Notes under the pieces: model-generated
What the model was told of the DNA's origin: nothing
Seen by the model: the letters and a program-made list of their open reading frames with translations, nothing else
The model's database searches: none
Made by a program: the position numbers and the translations under genes
Shown: positions 60,335 through 64,000 of the stretch, in pieces
Numbering within the stretch: the first letter of the stretch is position 1
Layout: every line of letters starts with the position of its first letter
Origin: Mobula hypostoma
Taxonomy: Eukaryota
Direction: 5' to 3'
Assembly (NCBI RefSeq): GCF_963921235.1
Contig: NC_086097.1
Location: 199,146,001-199,210,000 of the forward strand
Length of the DNA stretch: 64,000 nt

Positions 60335-61668
60335 CTCACTTCTACTGTAAGCACAAGAGATTTTGCTGATTCTTGAAATCCAGAGCAACACATACAAAAT
60401 ACAAAAAGGAAAGGTGAAAGATGCCATAATAAAAAGGTTGGGGGGGGGGAGGAAAGAGGACAAGAAAGAAGGTGATAGGTGAAGCCAGGTGGATAGGGGA
60501 GGTGGGGGATTAAGTAAAAAGCTGGGGGGTGATAGGAGGAAAGGGTAAAGGGCTGGAGAAGAAGGAATCTGCTAGGAATGAAGAGCAGACTATGGGAGAA
60601 AGGGAAGGAGGAGTGGCACCAGGGGGAGGTGATCGGCAGGTGTTGAGAGGAGATAAGAATTCAGAGTGGGGAATTGAATAAGCAGGAAGGGAAAGGGAAA
60701 AAATTATCAGAAGTTGAAGAAATTGATTTTTATACCATCAGGTTGGAGGCCACTTGGACAGAATATGAGGTGTTGCTCCTCTTCCCTGAGAGTGGCCTCA
60801 TGGTGGCAGATGAAGAGGCCATGGACTGCTGTTCTGGAATGGGGATGGAGATATGAATTAAAATGGTTGGCCTCTGGGAAATATGTTTTTTTGTGGATAG
60901 AGTGGAGGTGCTCAACAAAGCAGCCCCCAAATTACGTTGTGTCTCACCAATGTAGAGGAGGGCACACTGGAAGCACTAGATACGATAGATGACCCAGATT
61001 CACAGGTGAGGTGTTACTCACCTGGAAGGACTGTTTGGGGCCCTGAATGGAGATGAGGGTGAAGGTGAATGGGCAGGTGTAGCATTTCTGTCACTTGCAG
61101 GGGTACATGCCAGGGTGGAGGTTGGTGGGAAGGGATGGATGGACATGGGACTCAAAGAGGGAACGATCCTTGAAGAAAGCAGAGAGCGGGGGTGGTAAAG
61201 ATGTGTTTGGTGGTAGGATCCCATTGAAGGTGGCGGAAGTTGCAGAGAATGAGGTGGTAGGTGAGAACAAAAGGAAGATGGGGTGAGTGAGGATGTTGGA
61301 GAAATGGAGGAGATGCGGTTGAGGGCAGCATTTATGGTGGAAAAAGAGAAACCCCATTCACTGAAGAAGAAGGACGTCTCTGATGTCCTTGAAAGGAAAG
61401 CTTCAATCTGCGAACAACTGTGATGGAGACGAAGGAACTGAGAAAAGGGAATAAAATTTTAATAGGATTCAGGGTGGGAAGAAGTACAGTCAAGATAGCT
61501 ATGGGAATTGTTAAGTTAATAAAAGATATTGGTAGACACCTTATCTCCAGAGATGGAGACAGAGGGATTGAGAAAGGGGAGAGAAGTATCAGAAACGGAC
61601 CAAGTGTATTTAAGGGCAGGGTGGAAGTTGGAGGCAAAGTTGATGAAAATGATGAGCTTAGCATGGGT
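60335..61668 (-). mobile_element. Penelope-like element (RT C-terminus, GIY-YIG, 3' UTR), degenerate
   Basis: FINFASNFHPALKYTWSVSDTSLPFLNPSVSISGDKVSTNIFY. 60715-60875 is homologous to 600-765. Confidence 0.85.
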
Positions 61669-61671
61669 GAA

Positions 61672-62657
61672 AACATAAAAACATAGAAATCTACAGCACA
61701 TTACAGGCCCTTCGTCCTATAATGTTCTGCCGACCTTGTAACCTACTCTAGAAACTGCCTAGAATTTCCCTACCGCATAACCCTCTAGTTTACTAAGCTC
61801 CATGTACCTAACTAAGAGTCTTTCAAAAGACCCTATTGGATCTGCCTCTACCACCTTTGCTGGCAGTGCATTATAGGCATCACCACTCTGTGTGAAAAAC
61901 TTACCTCTGACATCCCCCTTGTACCTACTTCCAAGTACCTTAAAACTATGCTCCCTCATGTTAGTCATTTCAGCACTGGAAAAAAGCCTCTGGCTATCTA
62001 CATGATCAATGCCTCTCATGATCTTATACACCTCTATTAGGTTACCTCTTATCCAAGGAGAAAAGGTCAAGTTCACTCAACCTATTCTCATAAGGCATGC
62101 TCTCCAATCAAGGCAACATCCTTGCAGATCTCCTCTGCACTCTCTCTATAGTATCCACATTATTCCTTTAATGAGTTGGCCAGAACTGAAACAACACACA
62201 TAAAAGTTGCTGGTGAATGCAGCAGGCCAGGCAGCATCTCTAGGAAGAGGTGCAGTCGACGTTTCAGGACGAAGGGTCTTGGCCTGAAACATCGACTGCA
62301 CCTCTTCCTAGAGATGCTGCCTGGCCTGCTGCGTTCACCAGCAACTTTTATGTGTGTTGCTTGAATTTCCAGCATCTGCAGAATTCCTGTTGTTTGGCCA
62401 GAACTGAATACAGTTCTCCAAGTGGGGTCTAACTACGGTCTTATATAGCTATAGCATGATCTCATGGCTGTTGAACTCAATCCCACAGCCGATGAAGGCC
62501 AACACACCATATGCCTTCTTAACAACACCGTCAACCCATGCAGTAGCTTTGACTGACCTCAAGATCTCGCTGATCCTCCGCACTGCCAAGAATCTTACCA
62601 TTAATAATATATTCTGTCTTCAAACTTAACCTACCAAAATGAAGCACTTCACACTTG
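61672..62657 (-). mobile_element. CR1 3' fragment
   Basis: RGNLIEVYKIMRGIDHVDSQRLF and KCEVLHFGR. Tail at 61672-61730. Confidence 0.85.
62191..62393 (+). mobile_element. Young fold-back Penelope 3'-end mini-element
   Basis: 77-nt inverted arms (62192-62268, 62283-62359) with 2 differences. 15-bp TSD TTGGCCAGAACTGAA (62176-62190, 62394-62408). Confidence 0.9.
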
Positions 62658-62821
62658 AAGCATGTGAGTATATGAAGCAGCACCAAAGCAGTCATCAATA
62701 TAGTGCAGAAAGAGTTGGGGAGCATTACCAAGGAACGCTTGGAACATGGACTGTTCCACATAGACAATGAAAAGGCAGGCATAACTGTAGCTTATTCTAC
62801 TATTTTACATTTTTAACAGAA

Positions 62822-64000
62822 ACCATAGAAAAACTACAGCACAGAAACAGGCCTTTTGGCCCTTCTTGGCTGTGCCGAACCATTTTCTGCCTAGTCCCAC
62901 AGACCTGCACACGGACCATATCCCTCCATACACCTCCCATCCATGTATCTGTCCAGTTTATTCTTAAATGTTAAAAAAGAACCCACATTTGCCACCTCAT
63001 CTGCCAGCTCATTCCATACTCCCACCACTCTCTGTGTGAAGAAGCCCCCCCTAATGTTCCCTTTAAACTTTTCCCCCCTCACCCTTAACCCATGTCCTCT
63101 GGTTTTTTTCTCCCCTTGCCTCAGTGGAAAAAGCCTGCTTGCATTCACTCTATCTATAGCCATCATAATTTTATATACCTCTATCAAATCTACCCTCATT
63201 CTTCTACGCTCCAGGGAATAAAGTCCTAACCTATTCAACCTTTCTCTGTAACTGAGTTTCTCAAGTCCCGGCAACATCCTTGTAAACCTTCTCTGCACTC
63301 TTTCAACCTTATTTATATCCTTCCTGTAATTTGGTGACCAGAACTGAACACAATACTCCAGATTCGGCCTCACCAATGCCTTATACAACCTCATCATAAC
63401 ATTCCAGCTCTTATACTCAATACTTTGATTAATAAAGGCCAATGTACCAAAAGCTCTCTTTACGACCCTATCTACCTGTGATGCCACTTTTAGGGAATTT
63501 TGTATCTGTATTCCCAGATCCCTCTGTTCTACTGCACTCCTCAGTGCCTTACCATTTACCCTGTATGTTCTATGTTGGTTTGTCCTTCCAACGTGCAATA
63601 CCTCACACTTGTCTGTATTAAACTCCATCTGCCATTTTTCAGCCCATTTTTCCAGCTGGTCCAAGTCCCTCTGCAAGCTTTGAAAACCTTCCTCACTGTC
63701 CACTATGCCTCCAATCTTTGTATCATCAGCAAATTTGCTGGTCCAATTTACCACATTATCATCCAGATCATTGATATAGATGACAAATAACAATGGACCC
63801 AGCACTGATCCCTGTGGCACGCCACTAGTCACAGGCCTCCACTCTGAGAAGCAATTCTCTACTACCACTCTTTGTCTTCTTCCATTGAGCCAATGTCTAA
63901 TCCAATTTACCACCTCTCCATGTATACCTAGCGATTGAATTTTCCTAACTAACCTCCCATGCGGGACCTTGTCAAAGGCCTTACTGAAGTCCATGTAGAC
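62822..64000 (-). mobile_element. Young CR1 LINE, continues past the window end
   Basis: 3' tail at 62822-62890 and an open RT frame. Confidence 0.95.
62891..64000 (-). CDS. CR1 ORF2 reverse transcriptase C-terminal half (partial, open to the window edge)
   Basis: MDFSKAFDKVPH, GVPQGSVLGPLLF, KFADDTK, VRPNLEYCVQFWSP and KTRGH. No stops over 367 codons. Confidence 0.88.
   Translation of the reverse strand, partial: VYMDFSKAFDKVPHGRLVRKIQSLGIHGEVVNWIRHWLNGRRQRVVVENCFSEWRPVTSGVPQGSVLGPLLFVIYINDLDDNVVNWTSKFADDTKIGGIVDSEEGFQSLQRDLDQLEKWAEKWQMEFNTDKCEVLHVGRTNQHRTYRVNGKALRSAVEQRDLGIQIQNSLKVASQVDRVVKRAFGTLAFINQSIEYKSWNVMMRLYKALVRPNLEYCVQFWSPNYRKDINKVERVQRRFTRMLPGLEKLSYRERLNRLGLYSLERRRMRVDLIEVYKIMMAIDRVNASRLFPLRQGEKKTRGHGLRVRGEKFKGNIRGGFFTQRVVGVWNELADEVANVGSFLTFKNKLDRYMDGRCMEGYGPCAGLWD

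Noticed and set aside
1..64000. CRISPR array, retron or other prokaryotic RT system
   Set aside because: No regularly spaced repeats or operons. Every RT here belongs to a eukaryotic CR1, Gypsy, Penelope, Rex1 or RTE element.

Overview
This is eukaryotic, repeat-dense, apparently intronic or intergenic DNA. I found no confident host exon, no prokaryotic gene structure and no CRISPR array. The repeat mix (many CR1 LINEs, Penelope-like elements, Rex1/Babar and RTE LINEs, HE1/V-type SINEs) suggests a cartilaginous fish, probably a ray or skate; this is inference. Recognisable elements include a decayed CsRn1-like Gypsy provirus (9614-13662, tRNA-Trp PBS), two solo LTRs, three young CR1 copies, and pogo, Harbinger, Tc1 and hAT DNA transposon derivatives, many nested in one another. 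Most ORFs in the track are transposon fragments or shadow frames. The most interesting signal is RNA structure. A TSD-flanked, ~480-nt non-coding retroelement (51505-51986) starts exactly at G1 of a hand-foldable HDV-like ribozyme with an unusual hairpin inserted in L3. A second family (8165-8718, 54650-55239) shows a weaker version of the same fold. A Penelope copy carries a minimal hammerhead ribozyme (1087-1125). All folds and family calls were made by eye, and boundaries of old repeats are approximate.
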